From an uncultured Christensenellaceae bacterium (GTDB lineage Bacteria > Bacillota > Clostridia > Christensenellales > DTU072), in the NCBI GenBank assembly GCA_964613035.1, contig CAZTFQ010000002.1, positions 21,901 through 85,900 of the forward strand: a DNA stretch of 64,000 nt, written 5' to 3'. Made by a program: the position numbers and the translations under genes. The notes beneath the pieces were generated by a model that was given only the letters and a program-made list of their open reading frames with translations, was not told the origin of the DNA and did no database searches. Shown one piece after another: positions 9,608 to 18,937 of this stretch (its first letter is position 1; each line of letters opens with the position of its first letter).

Positions 9608-12040
9608 TTACTCCCTCCACATATTTTTCATAGTATATAAAGTGATTCTATTCGCCGTGAACAGACCGTTGGCTGTAAGAGAAATTCCGTCCGACGATAT
9701 CTCGGGGAATACGAGTATTTGCAAGAATTCCTCACCTTGATCGGCATATATCTCGAGATTGGCTCTGTCTAAGAATATCCTCAGCTTAAGCACGCCGTTG
9801 TCGAGAGGCCCTTTCATCTTTAATACGGAATGTCCGTTGACGACGTACTTGAGATGCGATACGTCCGCGACCAGTTCTTCCGTCGTCTTATCGTAAGTCA
9901 AGAGGATATATTCGTCGTCCGACGCGGCGAAGCGCAAGCTGATTTTCGACGCATAATCGAGTTTCAGCTCCAGATTCATATCGAATTCTCTTGCATTGAC
10001 GTCTCCGAATACGTCCTCTCCGTACGCTACGCTCTGTTTTTCGATATCGACTAAAGTTTCGTCGTGGAGGGCGTCGAGCTCTTCTATGGGGCTGTAACAG
10101 ACTTCTATCTTGCCGTTGACGGTCTTAAGGGACAGTTCGCTGAGCAGTCCGATATAACCGTTCCATTCTTTGTCGTCGTACAGCGTACCCGTATAATCGC
10201 ACATCCAGGCGCCTACTATCCAGCGACCTTTTTTCTCGTTATAAAACCCTATCGCGGCGTAGGAATTGCCTGCGGCTATTCTGTATTCATACGTCGTAAG
10301 CAGCTCTATCACTTCCGTCTCCGCACGGAAAACGACGTTGCCGCAGACGTTGACCAGTTGACCGAGCATATACTCTCTGCCGCCGACCGTCAACACCCAC
10401 TTGGTGTTGTCGGGATCATCGTCTACGGGGAGCTTGAAGATATCCACGCATTCTCCGGTGACTTTTATTCCCGAGGCGGTTTTTACGACGCTGTTAAACT
10501 TCCAGTCTATAAGGTTGTCGGAAGTGAATATTTTCAGATTGGTGTACCCTGCCGTGATCATCATCCAATATCCGCCGTTGACGTGAGAGGAATCTTCCAC
10601 CCAGAGTCCTTTGGCATCGCGCATTTCGCCGTATTGATAGTCCGTATTGGATATGACTGGCGCTCCGTCGTTATATTTAATCCAGGTTTCGCCGCCGTCG
10701 AGAGTGTAGGCTATGGACTGCTGCTCTATCCTACGCGTTCCGACAGAGGTCTGCTTGCCTTCCGTATGCGTAGGGCTGTACAAAAGGACCATTCTGGAGC
10801 CCGCGGGCACGCTGTCGTCGAACAGCCCCGAGGTGTTGTTGTAGTCTATGACCGCAGAACCCGACCACATCTGACCGTAATCGTCGGGTAAAACGGCGTC
10901 GGTTTTTTGCTCGAAATGCACCAGATCTTCACTAACCGCGTGTCCCCAGCTTCTCTTGCCGTCGTCGGTGTACTTCTCGCTCCTCTGCCAGAAGATATGA
11001 TAAACTCCGTTATAAGAATCGTACACAAAGCCGTTGGGGTCGTTCAGCCAGCCGCTGTTGGGCGAAAAATGGAAATAACTTCTATACGTTTCGTCATAAT
11101 TCGACAAAATTTCTCTGCGTACGATTATCGGTACCGCCGCCATGGTGGTTTCTCCTTGTTTGATTTCGATGAATATGAAATTCCTCTTTTTGTCCAGCGA
11201 GACGCTCCTAGAAGCTCCTTTAACTCCGTTGATATACGCGTCGTAGTCGGTTGTTACGCTCACCGTAGTCGATTCGTTCTCGGAAGGCGCGGTTACATCG
11301 TACGAAAAAACGGTATTTTTGTAATTAAAATCGATTCCTTCGAGCGAAACGTTGCTTATAGCGGTCGTGTCTCTTGCCAGTATCTTATAGTAGGCGTTGT
11401 TAAAAGTTACGGAAGCGTTCCAGACCATGAATCCGAGATATCCGCCGCCGTTGAGAGTAGAGTCGTAATCGGACCCGACGTATTCTCCGTCCAGATAGGA
11501 CGAAACCGTTCCGCCGAAACACTCTACGCGGAAGTTGTGTGTGGACTCGTTTTGCTGAGCGGTCGTGAGAGACTTGGTCAAATTTTCGTTGCCGGTGCCT
11601 ATAGACCCCGTACCGACCGCGAACACTCTCGTGTTACCTCTGGAATAATCGACGTTCATGCAATACCAGGCTCTGCCGGGATCGGCTTGATTGGGTATGC
11701 CGAACACCAGTCCGGCGGCTTCTCCCGATATGGTGACGTCCGCGGTGAAGACGAAGTCTTTTCCCGCAGGCACCCGAATATTCGAAATATAGAATCTGTC
11801 CGCAGCCTCGAGGTGCGTACCGGTCAAACTTTCCGCGTCGTAACTCCAGGTTCCCCATTTGTACTCGGACATATCCTCGGAATATACGATTTTTTCCAGC
11901 TCTCCCGAGTATCCTATATGCGGATCTTCCTCTGCTGCGGAAGCCGCCCCCAGCGATAATCCTCCGCAACACAATATAAGTATCAGGAGCGTAATTATCG
12001 CGACGCGTCTCAATACGTTTTCTTTTCCGATTGTTTTCAA
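9608..12040 (-). CDS. Glycoside hydrolase family 32 (levanase/beta-fructofuranosidase) with an N-terminal LamG-like domain
   Basis: GH32 catalytic motifs are all present: WLNDPNGFVY (nucleophile), RSWGHAVSEDLVHF (RDP-region) and TGECVDIFKL (EC). A signal peptide is present. The N-terminal block is AAGLVFGIPNQADPGRAWYCMNV. Confidence 0.9.
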   Translation of the reverse strand: MKTIGKENVLRRVAIITLLILILCCGGLSLGAASAAEEDPHIGYSGELEKIVYSEDMSEYKWGTWSYDAESLTGTHLEAADRFYISNIRVPAGKDFVFTADVTISGEAAGLVFGIPNQADPGRAWYCMNVDYSRGNTRVFAVGTGSIGTGNENLTKSLTTAQQNESTHNFRVECFGGTVSSYLDGEYVGSDYDSTLNGGGYLGFMVWNASVTFNNAYYKILARDTTAISNVSLEGIDFNYKNTVFSYDVTAPSENESTTVSVTTDYDAYINGVKGASRSVSLDKKRNFIFIEIKQGETTMAAVPIIVRREILSNYDETYRSYFHFSPNSGWLNDPNGFVYDSYNGVYHIFWQRSEKYTDDGKRSWGHAVSEDLVHFEQKTDAVLPDDYGQMWSGSAVIDYNNTSGLFDDSVPAGSRMVLLYSPTHTEGKQTSVGTRRIEQQSIAYTLDGGETWIKYNDGAPVISNTDYQYGEMRDAKGLWVEDSSHVNGGYWMMITAGYTNLKIFTSDNLIDWKFNSVVKTASGIKVTGECVDIFKLPVDDDPDNTKWVLTVGGREYMLGQLVNVCGNVVFRAETEVIELLTTYEYRIAAGNSYAAIGFYNEKKGRWIVGAWMCDYTGTLYDDKEWNGYIGLLSELSLKTVNGKIEVCYSPIEELDALHDETLVDIEKQSVAYGEDVFGDVNAREFDMNLELKLDYASKISLRFAASDDEYILLTYDKTTEELVADVSHLKYVVNGHSVLKMKGPLDNGVLKLRIFLDRANLEIYADQGEEFLQILVFPEISSDGISLTANGLFTANRITLYTMKNMWRE

Positions 12041-12176
12041 CGTTCTTACTCCTCTTTTTTCGATTTCTCTCGCAAGATTGCCGAATCTTCTTCGGTCAAT
12101 TTAACTATAACACGAAAACGATTTATTTTTTTAGTTGATTTTCATCCCTCATAGTCCATTTTTTTAGTATGCACTC

Positions 12177-12205
12177 TTGACACTCGCGGCGAGGCGGTCT
12201 ACAAT
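12177..12205 (+). promoter_or_regulatory. Sigma-70-type promoter for the ArsR-fusion gene
   Basis: TTGACA (12177-12182), a 17-nt spacer, then TACAAT (12200-12205). The ATG at 12212 lies about 7 nt downstream, so the mRNA is probably leaderless. Confidence 0.5.
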
Positions 12206-12211
12206 ATAAAT

Positions 12212-13159
12212 ATGTTAAAAGCAACCGAAGGAAGCGAGCTGTCCATAACGCTCAAAGACAATGCCGCAGAACTGGAGACTCTTTTCAAGGCGCTGGGGTC
12301 GGAGATACGCATAAAAATTCTACGTCAACTGTATCGTCATCCGATGACCGTGAGAGAGTTGTCGCAGACTTTTCGCGTGCCTATTTCCACGATGAACTTC
12401 CACGTCGCGATGCTGGAGCAAGCCAATCTTATAATAGTCAATCTGATTCCGTCGAAAAAGGGCGCGATAAGAGCGTGCTACGGGAATTTTTCTTTTATTC
12501 ACTTTGAAATGGACGTCCAAAAAGTTTTTCCGGAATTACACACTCACTCCGAAATGATCCCTATCGGCAACTATATAGACTTCAAAAGCGAGGGCGAACA
12601 CGGCTGTGCGTCTCCTCTTCGCTCCTGGCGTAACAACGAGAGCGACTTCTTGAGCAATCGCTCCGATATAGGAATCATATGGACGACTTCCGGCTACGTC
12701 GAATACGGAATAGGCAATTATTTATTCAAAAGATATTCCGTTACGGAGATGACGATTTCTTTCGAGATATGTTCCGAAATCAATTCTTACCGCAACGACT
12801 GGCAATCTATGCTCAACTTCTATATCAACGGCACTCGGGTAGCCTCGTATCTTTCTCCGGGCGACTTCGGCGGCAGACGAGGCACGCTCAACCCCGACTG
12901 GTGGCCCGACAGCAACACCCAGTACGGACTTCTGAAATCGCTGACCGTCAACTCGACGGGCATATATCTCGACCGCAATCTGGTAACCAAAGAATACAAT
13001 ATCAACAATCTGGGACTGGACAAGTCCAATAAAATAGTCTTCCGCATCGAGACCGACGACAAAGAACATTACAACGGCGGCTTCAACCTCTTCGGAAAAA
13101 CTTTCGGAGACTTCCCTCAAGACATATCGGTGGATTACACTTATCGACATAACAATTGA
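12212..13159 (+). CDS. ArsR-family wHTH regulator fused to an approximately 200-aa uncharacterised C-terminal domain
   Basis: N-terminal ArsR/SmtB-like HTH (IRIKILRQLYRHPMTVRELSQTFRVPISTMNFHVAMLEQANLI). The C-terminal domain is conserved with its paralog at 13302-14321 (GxRRGxLNPDWWxDSxTQYGLL...GGFNLFGKxFGDxPQDI). Confidence 0.75.
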   Translation: MLKATEGSELSITLKDNAAELETLFKALGSEIRIKILRQLYRHPMTVRELSQTFRVPISTMNFHVAMLEQANLIIVNLIPSKKGAIRACYGNFSFIHFEMDVQKVFPELHTHSEMIPIGNYIDFKSEGEHGCASPLRSWRNNESDFLSNRSDIGIIWTTSGYVEYGIGNYLFKRYSVTEMTISFEICSEINSYRNDWQSMLNFYINGTRVASYLSPGDFGGRRGTLNPDWWPDSNTQYGLLKSLTVNSTGIYLDRNLVTKEYNINNLGLDKSNKIVFRIETDDKEHYNGGFNLFGKTFGDFPQDISVDYTYRHNN

Positions 13160-13180
13160 TACTTTCCCGATACCTTATAA

Positions 13181-13216
13181 ATATCGCGCGTACGTATGTG
13201 CGCGCGATTCTTTTTA
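13181..13216 (+). terminator. Rho-independent terminator after the ArsR-fusion gene
   Basis: ATATCGCGCG-TACGTATGTG-CGCGCGAT hairpin followed by TCTTTTT. The stem is a 22-nt perfect alternating pyrimidine-purine tract. Confidence 0.6.
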
Positions 13217-13301
13217 AGTAAATCGATATCTGCTTCGGACTTCAATCAACCGCAACGCCTCCTTGCGGTTCCCTTACATCCGATTTCGGCGCGCGCACGT
13301 A

Positions 13302-14321
13302 TTACGTATTGATTTTCGGAGAAACATTTTTATAGGTCACTAAAAGTTTGATATCCTGAGGATAATCTCCGAAACTTTTCCCGAACAAATTAAATCCGCC
13401 TACGTGACGGGCGTCGTCTTTCACGGCTATGCGGAACTTCAACAAATTACTCTGACGGATATCCAAATCTTCGACGCACACGTCGGAAACCTTCTTTTCG
13501 TTAAGATACGTACCGTCAAAACGAATATCCAAAGTCGTCAGCAGTCCGTATTGAGTATGCGAATCCGCCCACCAATCGGGGTTGAGCTTACCTCTGCGCT
13601 CTCCGTAATCCCCCGCCGAAGTGTAAGTACACAGTTCTATATCGTTGACGGAAAAGGTCAGATCGCTCTTACAATTCTGATTATATCCCGGATATTCCGA
13701 ACAGACTTCGAAACTGAAACATAAAGATATGATATTCCTTCTGTCTTTGAGCGTAAGGTTGTGGGCTATTTGAGTATCGTCAACCTCATAATCGAGCATA
13801 GGAACGGAATATTCCAAAAAGCCTCTTTTCAACCATATTATCCCCGCCTCGAAGCGTTGCGGAGAAGAAAAGAAACACTCTGCGTCGGACGGATATACTC
13901 TTTTTTCGGTAGCCAATCCGCACGGAGTTTCTTTAATGGCGTAATCGGTATAACTGCCGACGGGAATGTCTATAACCCGAGTCTCGTTGATATAACGCAC
14001 GTCGTCCGTCGGATGCCCTGTATATATCGTGAACATATAGTTGTTAAGCGTCAGCCTCTTTTGATTGCCGATTTTTTTAGCTTCATTGGAATATTTCAAC
14101 AAACCCGCCGCCACCAACGACTTGACGTGAAACGAAATCGTCGAAACGGGTATGTTAAGTTTCAAGGCGATATCGCTGATCGAATAATTATGAATATTGA
14201 CCAATTTTAGAATTTTTCTTCTGATCGGCACCGATAAAGCCGACACTATACCTGCAATGACATCTTCGTCGTCATACAAATTGAGCGATTTTAATCTGGA
14301 ATTATCAAAAGATCTGTTCAT
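13302..14321 (-). CDS. ArsR-family wHTH regulator fused to an uncharacterised C-terminal domain (paralog)
   Basis: HTH is IRRKILKLVNIHNYSISDIALKLNIPVSTISFHVKSLVAAGLL. The C-terminal approximately 200 aa is homologous to 12212-13159. RBS AAGGAG. The two genes are convergent. Confidence 0.75.
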   Translation of the reverse strand: MNRSFDNSRLKSLNLYDDEDVIAGIVSALSVPIRRKILKLVNIHNYSISDIALKLNIPVSTISFHVKSLVAAGLLKYSNEAKKIGNQKRLTLNNYMFTIYTGHPTDDVRYINETRVIDIPVGSYTDYAIKETPCGLATEKRVYPSDAECFFSSPQRFEAGIIWLKRGFLEYSVPMLDYEVDDTQIAHNLTLKDRRNIISLCFSFEVCSEYPGYNQNCKSDLTFSVNDIELCTYTSAGDYGERRGKLNPDWWADSHTQYGLLTTLDIRFDGTYLNEKKVSDVCVEDLDIRQSNLLKFRIAVKDDARHVGGFNLFGKSFGDYPQDIKLLVTYKNVSPKINT

Positions 14322-14600
14322 ACCGACTCCTTTTATCCTAATTAGTAAAAATTTTGCACGCGAGTGCGCTTATATTGTATACCCGTATCCGGACAAAACA
14401 CAACCGAATTACAATCTATGTTGAAAATTAAAACAAACAAAATTTGCTTTTATAAAATTTTGTTGTAATCCCATGCACAAGGTTTATAATACAAGTGAAA
14501 AAGCTTACTTGCAAGGGCTTTTTCACGCCGTATTTCAACTAACGGCTGATATTTGCGTTTTAGCAAATAACGAAAGCGACAGCGACGCAAAAATTTATTT

Positions 14601-14629
14601 TTGTAAGCCGTGTAATGTTATTATATAAT
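14601..14629 (+). promoter_or_regulatory. Candidate promoter of the three-gene lipoprotein operon
   Basis: TTGTAA, a 17-nt spacer, then TATAAT at 14624-14629, about 28 nt upstream of the ATG at 14657. Confidence 0.45.
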
Positions 14630-14656
14630 TGAAAAAAATTTCGAGAGGATATTTTT

Positions 14657-17191
14657 ATGAAAAAACAACTTCTGGTTATTCTGTTATTCGTCTGCTTGGT
14701 ATTCGCAATGATAGCATGTACCGACAACCAATCGCCGTCTGGAACGGATGATTCCGGTACGATCTCGGGAACAGAACTCTCCGGTACGCTTGATCCGCCC
14801 CCGTCCGAGCCCTCAGGGAGCATTGAGCCGACGCCTTCAGAACCTTCCAAACCGTCCGATACCATTGAGCCGTCAGACCACTCCGGCACGATCCCGCCAT
14901 CCGAACCGTCGGGCGGTGAAGAAGAGCCCGTCACTCCGATAGAACCGGAACAATCCGTTAAATATGCGATACGACTATATAAAACGGAGGACGTAGACGA
15001 CTACACCGTCTTAGAATATGAGGAAGGCGAAATCGTCGACGTATCCGAATGGCCCGTTCCGTCGGGAATAAAATTCGAGGGCGAGACTATTCCTTTCGTG
15101 CATTGGTTGGACGAGCAACAAGAAAACGTCGTTTCGGAAGACTTCTCGATGCCGTCACGTTCTATGGCATTTTATGCGACTTACGATTATCCGCAATTAT
15201 TCAGATGGAGTTACGATGCGGATGCACAGACATATACTTCTACCGGAGCGGGCATTCGTCCCGCAAAAGGTATCGAGGGCGGATATTCTGGCACTCTTTC
15301 CGCAGAATTGACCGTCAACAACGCTTCCTCTACCGGTATCGGTATTATATGGAATCTGACTTGCGGCGACAACGATTATCCTTATGCAGACGGTTGCTCG
15401 TATTGGTATTTTCACCTCAATCCGAGCAACGGCGCTTTTCAATTAGCCTACGTGCAAGAAGACGGCACTTATATTGCAATCAAGACCGTATCCCTCTCGG
15501 ACAGTCCTCAATCGTGGCAAGATAAATATGCCGAATACAAAAATTCTTCCGACGAAGCGCTTTCAACCGTTTTCTCTGTAGAATACAACACGTCTGAAAT
15601 ATCCCTATACGTAGACAGAGAAGAGCTCTACACGTACACCGGCGACATGCTCGGCGGCATCCTCGGGAAAGGCGTCGGCATAAGAACCAACGTCGCCGAC
15701 AACGTAGCCAAAAATATAACCTATACTCCTGACGTCGCGGCGAGCAACACCTATATCGTAACGTACGTCAACACCGCGGAAAACACGGAGGAGGTCAAGT
15801 TGGTCTCGACGGACAACTTCGTATTACCCTCTCCTTCCGTAACGGGATACGAATTCCTCGGCTGGTATGAAGACGAGGAGTTCACTTCTCAACAAATAAC
15901 CGAAGAATTTGTCATCTGTGCAGACGTTACTTTCTACGGAAAATTCGTCCCGATACAGACTAAAAACGGCTATAATATCTATTCGGACGGTCGGTACGAG
16001 TCGACCGTCGCCAAAGCGACCGTCACCGTAGACGGAGCGGGCAGCAGATACGGCAAGTGGTCTACCGACATAACCGTAACGGATCGCAACAACATTCGTA
16101 CGGGTATATTGATTAACTCTTACGTACCTTCTTCGGAAAGCACCGTCCCCTATGACAATACCTCCGTTAGCGGTATATATGTCCATCATAACGTCAATGC
16201 CAACGTCAACTTCACTCTTACTACCATTCACGAGGGCGTTTACGAATCTCACCCCGACGGCACGAAAGAAGCGCTTAAAGTATCGAAATACGACTCCTCG
16301 TCAGAGGGCGCGCTCGGCGCTTATTACGCCAAAAACAGAGCTTTCGTCAACGGCGAAACCGACAGCCTTACGTTCAATCTTGCCGTAGAAGTTCTCAATA
16401 CGTACATTAAAGTATATCTCGACGGAGAATGCATTATAGAATATACCGCAGAGAGCGGACTAGAGATGTTCAACGATTACGACGATTGTCTAGGGGTGGG
16501 TTTCACGACCGCGTCCGTCGGAACCACTTTCTCTGATTATAGCTACACGGAAATGGAAGCGCAGGAAAAACCTACCACTAAAAACGGTTTCATAATCAGT
16601 GCGGACGGTTCGTCTTACACTTCCGACGCCGCCACCGTCGCAACTATCGTCGACGGCATAAGCGGACGGTACGGCAAATGGTCCGTCGACATAACCGAAA
16701 CCAATCGTACCAATGCGAGAATAGGAATATTGATCAACGCCTACGTCAAGTCAGACGACGGACAAGTCAAATATACCGACCAAAGCGTATGCGGTTATTA
16801 TCTGCATCATAGTATAAAAAGCAACACCAACTTCACCCTCAGCACTATTTATCGAGGCACCTATCAGCAGCAGCCCGACGGAACGAAAATGAATCTCTTG
16901 GTATGCAAGTATAACGCCGAGTCGTCGGGCGCACTTAAAGATTATCACGCAAGATGCAAAGCTTTCTTGGCAAAAGAAACCGACAGTCTTACGTTTAATC
17001 TCGGAATCGAAGTTATGCCCGAATACATTAAAGCTTACCTCGACGGAGAATGCATCATAGAATATACGACCGCCGCAGGACTCGGTTTGTTCGACAACGT
17101 AGACGGCTGTATAGGCGTGGGATTCAATACCCAGACGATCGGAACGGTCTTCAGCAATATGAGTTTCGTTCCTTATATTGCAGAGGACTAA
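14657..17191 (+). CDS. Large secreted lipoprotein with an SPE-rich linker, a LamG-like domain, a Listeria-Bacteroides repeat and two tandem approximately 200-aa domains
   Basis: Lipobox MIACTDN. PSEPSG-type linker. The LamG-like block is TGIGIIWNLTCGDNDYPYADGCSYWYFHLNP. A GYEFLGWYEDEEF repeat is present. Residues around 430-640 are internally duplicated at 640-844 (KNGYNIYSDGRYES.../KNGFIISADGSSYT...). Confidence 0.75.
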   Translation: MKKQLLVILLFVCLVFAMIACTDNQSPSGTDDSGTISGTELSGTLDPPPSEPSGSIEPTPSEPSKPSDTIEPSDHSGTIPPSEPSGGEEEPVTPIEPEQSVKYAIRLYKTEDVDDYTVLEYEEGEIVDVSEWPVPSGIKFEGETIPFVHWLDEQQENVVSEDFSMPSRSMAFYATYDYPQLFRWSYDADAQTYTSTGAGIRPAKGIEGGYSGTLSAELTVNNASSTGIGIIWNLTCGDNDYPYADGCSYWYFHLNPSNGAFQLAYVQEDGTYIAIKTVSLSDSPQSWQDKYAEYKNSSDEALSTVFSVEYNTSEISLYVDREELYTYTGDMLGGILGKGVGIRTNVADNVAKNITYTPDVAASNTYIVTYVNTAENTEEVKLVSTDNFVLPSPSVTGYEFLGWYEDEEFTSQQITEEFVICADVTFYGKFVPIQTKNGYNIYSDGRYESTVAKATVTVDGAGSRYGKWSTDITVTDRNNIRTGILINSYVPSSESTVPYDNTSVSGIYVHHNVNANVNFTLTTIHEGVYESHPDGTKEALKVSKYDSSSEGALGAYYAKNRAFVNGETDSLTFNLAVEVLNTYIKVYLDGECIIEYTAESGLEMFNDYDDCLGVGFTTASVGTTFSDYSYTEMEAQEKPTTKNGFIISADGSSYTSDAATVATIVDGISGRYGKWSVDITETNRTNARIGILINAYVKSDDGQVKYTDQSVCGYYLHHSIKSNTNFTLSTIYRGTYQQQPDGTKMNLLVCKYNAESSGALKDYHARCKAFLAKETDSLTFNLGIEVMPEYIKAYLDGECIIEYTTAAGLGLFDNVDGCIGVGFNTQTIGTVFSNMSFVPYIAED

Positions 17192-17198
17192 AAGAATT

Positions 17199-18920
17199 AT
17201 GAAAAAGATTGTTAAGATATCGGTTGTTTTGATTTTTGTTCTTATGATACTGACTCTATCCGACATCGCACCTATTACGGCAGACGCCTACTCCTGGAAA
17301 AACGGAGAAAAGGTCTACTCCATAGCGACCGATAGAATAATGTACGAGACGTCTCTGCCTTACGACGAAACCATCAATACTTTCGAGGCGTGGATTACGT
17401 TGCCGTCGACCGTTGCGGATAATATAGACGGCGGAGTCATATTCGGCAACTATTACAACAATCCTACCGGATACCCGGGATGCGTCAATTTCGGCATAGG
17501 CAACAACGGAAACTTCTACCTATATTGGAACAACGGCGTCTACAAGTATACTTTCGAAAGCGTAGATTTAAGAAACGGCGAGCGTACTCACGTCGCGATA
17601 GTCAGGGATAAAGAAAACTCTCGACTTTTATATTACGTCAACGGCGAACTCGAAGAATGTTTGACGGTAAAATTAAACGAAAGCGTCTGTCAAATGAAAT
17701 TCGGCATAGGCACGGATTGGAACAACTGGTATAACGAAAAAACACCTTTCTTCGGAAAGATAGAGCAGATTACGCTCTATTCTACCGCGCAGACTCAGGC
17801 TGTTATACAGGAAGATATGCAGACGACCGACATACGTTCTTCTTCTAGAAACGGGCTTATGTCCAACTGGTATTTCGGCAAAAACTGGAGCTTTGAAAAT
17901 ACTATTATTCCCGATACCGCCGACATCGGTAACGATTGTCTGGTCAATACCTACGATCAATACGTAGAGGTTAAAGATGTCGACGATTACGATTACACTC
18001 TTATGGTCGTCCCAGATATGCAGGCGATGAACTATTGGGAAAAAAGCAATTTCCGTCAACAGAGCCAATGGATCGTCAATACTGCGAAAGAGCTCAACAC
18101 TCGATTCGTTATGTATCTAGGAGACATGACTGAGAGCAAGTATTCCGTCAATCCCGATGCGAGCGAACAAGAATGGAAAGACGCCTATAAATACATATCT
18201 ATGCTTGACGGAGTGGTTCCTTACTCCGTAATATTAGGCAATCACGATTATGACAGTTGGGCTACTCTAAACAGAAACAGTACGATGTTCAACAAATACT
18301 TCTCCTATGATAAGTATAGCCAAACGGACTCTTTCGGAGGGGCTTTCAAAGAAGGATGTATGGACAACTACTATTCTCTTATATCCGTCGGCGACGTGGA
18401 ATATCTAATTTTTGCTTTGGAATACGGTCCCAGAAACAACGTCGTCAACTGGGTCGACAGAATAATAAGCGAGCATCCTTATAGCCGCGTTATAGTTACG
18501 ACTCACAGTTACTTGGACCCCGACGGCACTTTGGTCGACTCCGACGATATGTTCGCTCCGTCCAGAACCATATCTTACGACAGCAGCAGCAACAACGGAT
18601 CGGACTTTTGGGAAAAAGTTTTGAGCAAGCATTCCAACGTCTTTATGGTCTTCAGCGGACACGTTTGCACGGATTACGTCGTGCGCAGACAAGACCTCGG
18701 CGTCAACGGCAACACCGTCACGTCCGTATTGGTCAACGCGCAGGGCGCGATGATGACGTCAGCAATGAATACTCTGCTGGTAATTAAGGTCAATGAGAGG
18801 ACGAAGACGATGCACTTCTGCTATTACAGTCCCGAATACGACGCCTGCTATAACTACGGCGGTCAATTCAGTATGTCCTTCGCCGACGAATACAATCCCG
18901 CGATAGGCGGCATCGCATAA
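17199..18920 (+). CDS. Secreted LamG-like domain fused to a calcineurin-like metallophosphoesterase
   Basis: Signal peptide. The LamG-like region is GGVIFGNYY...YLYWNNGVYKY...LLYYVNGEL. Metallophosphatase motifs are YLGDMTE and VILGNHDYDSW. Start refined to 17199 (MKKIVK), 8 nt after the upstream stop. Confidence 0.8.
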   Translation: MKKIVKISVVLIFVLMILTLSDIAPITADAYSWKNGEKVYSIATDRIMYETSLPYDETINTFEAWITLPSTVADNIDGGVIFGNYYNNPTGYPGCVNFGIGNNGNFYLYWNNGVYKYTFESVDLRNGERTHVAIVRDKENSRLLYYVNGELEECLTVKLNESVCQMKFGIGTDWNNWYNEKTPFFGKIEQITLYSTAQTQAVIQEDMQTTDIRSSSRNGLMSNWYFGKNWSFENTIIPDTADIGNDCLVNTYDQYVEVKDVDDYDYTLMVVPDMQAMNYWEKSNFRQQSQWIVNTAKELNTRFVMYLGDMTESKYSVNPDASEQEWKDAYKYISMLDGVVPYSVILGNHDYDSWATLNRNSTMFNKYFSYDKYSQTDSFGGAFKEGCMDNYYSLISVGDVEYLIFALEYGPRNNVVNWVDRIISEHPYSRVIVTTHSYLDPDGTLVDSDDMFAPSRTISYDSSSNNGSDFWEKVLSKHSNVFMVFSGHVCTDYVVRRQDLGVNGNTVTSVLVNAQGAMMTSAMNTLLVIKVNERTKTMHFCYYSPEYDACYNYGGQFSMSFADEYNPAIGGIA

Positions 18921-18937
18921 AAAAAGAGGATATCGAT

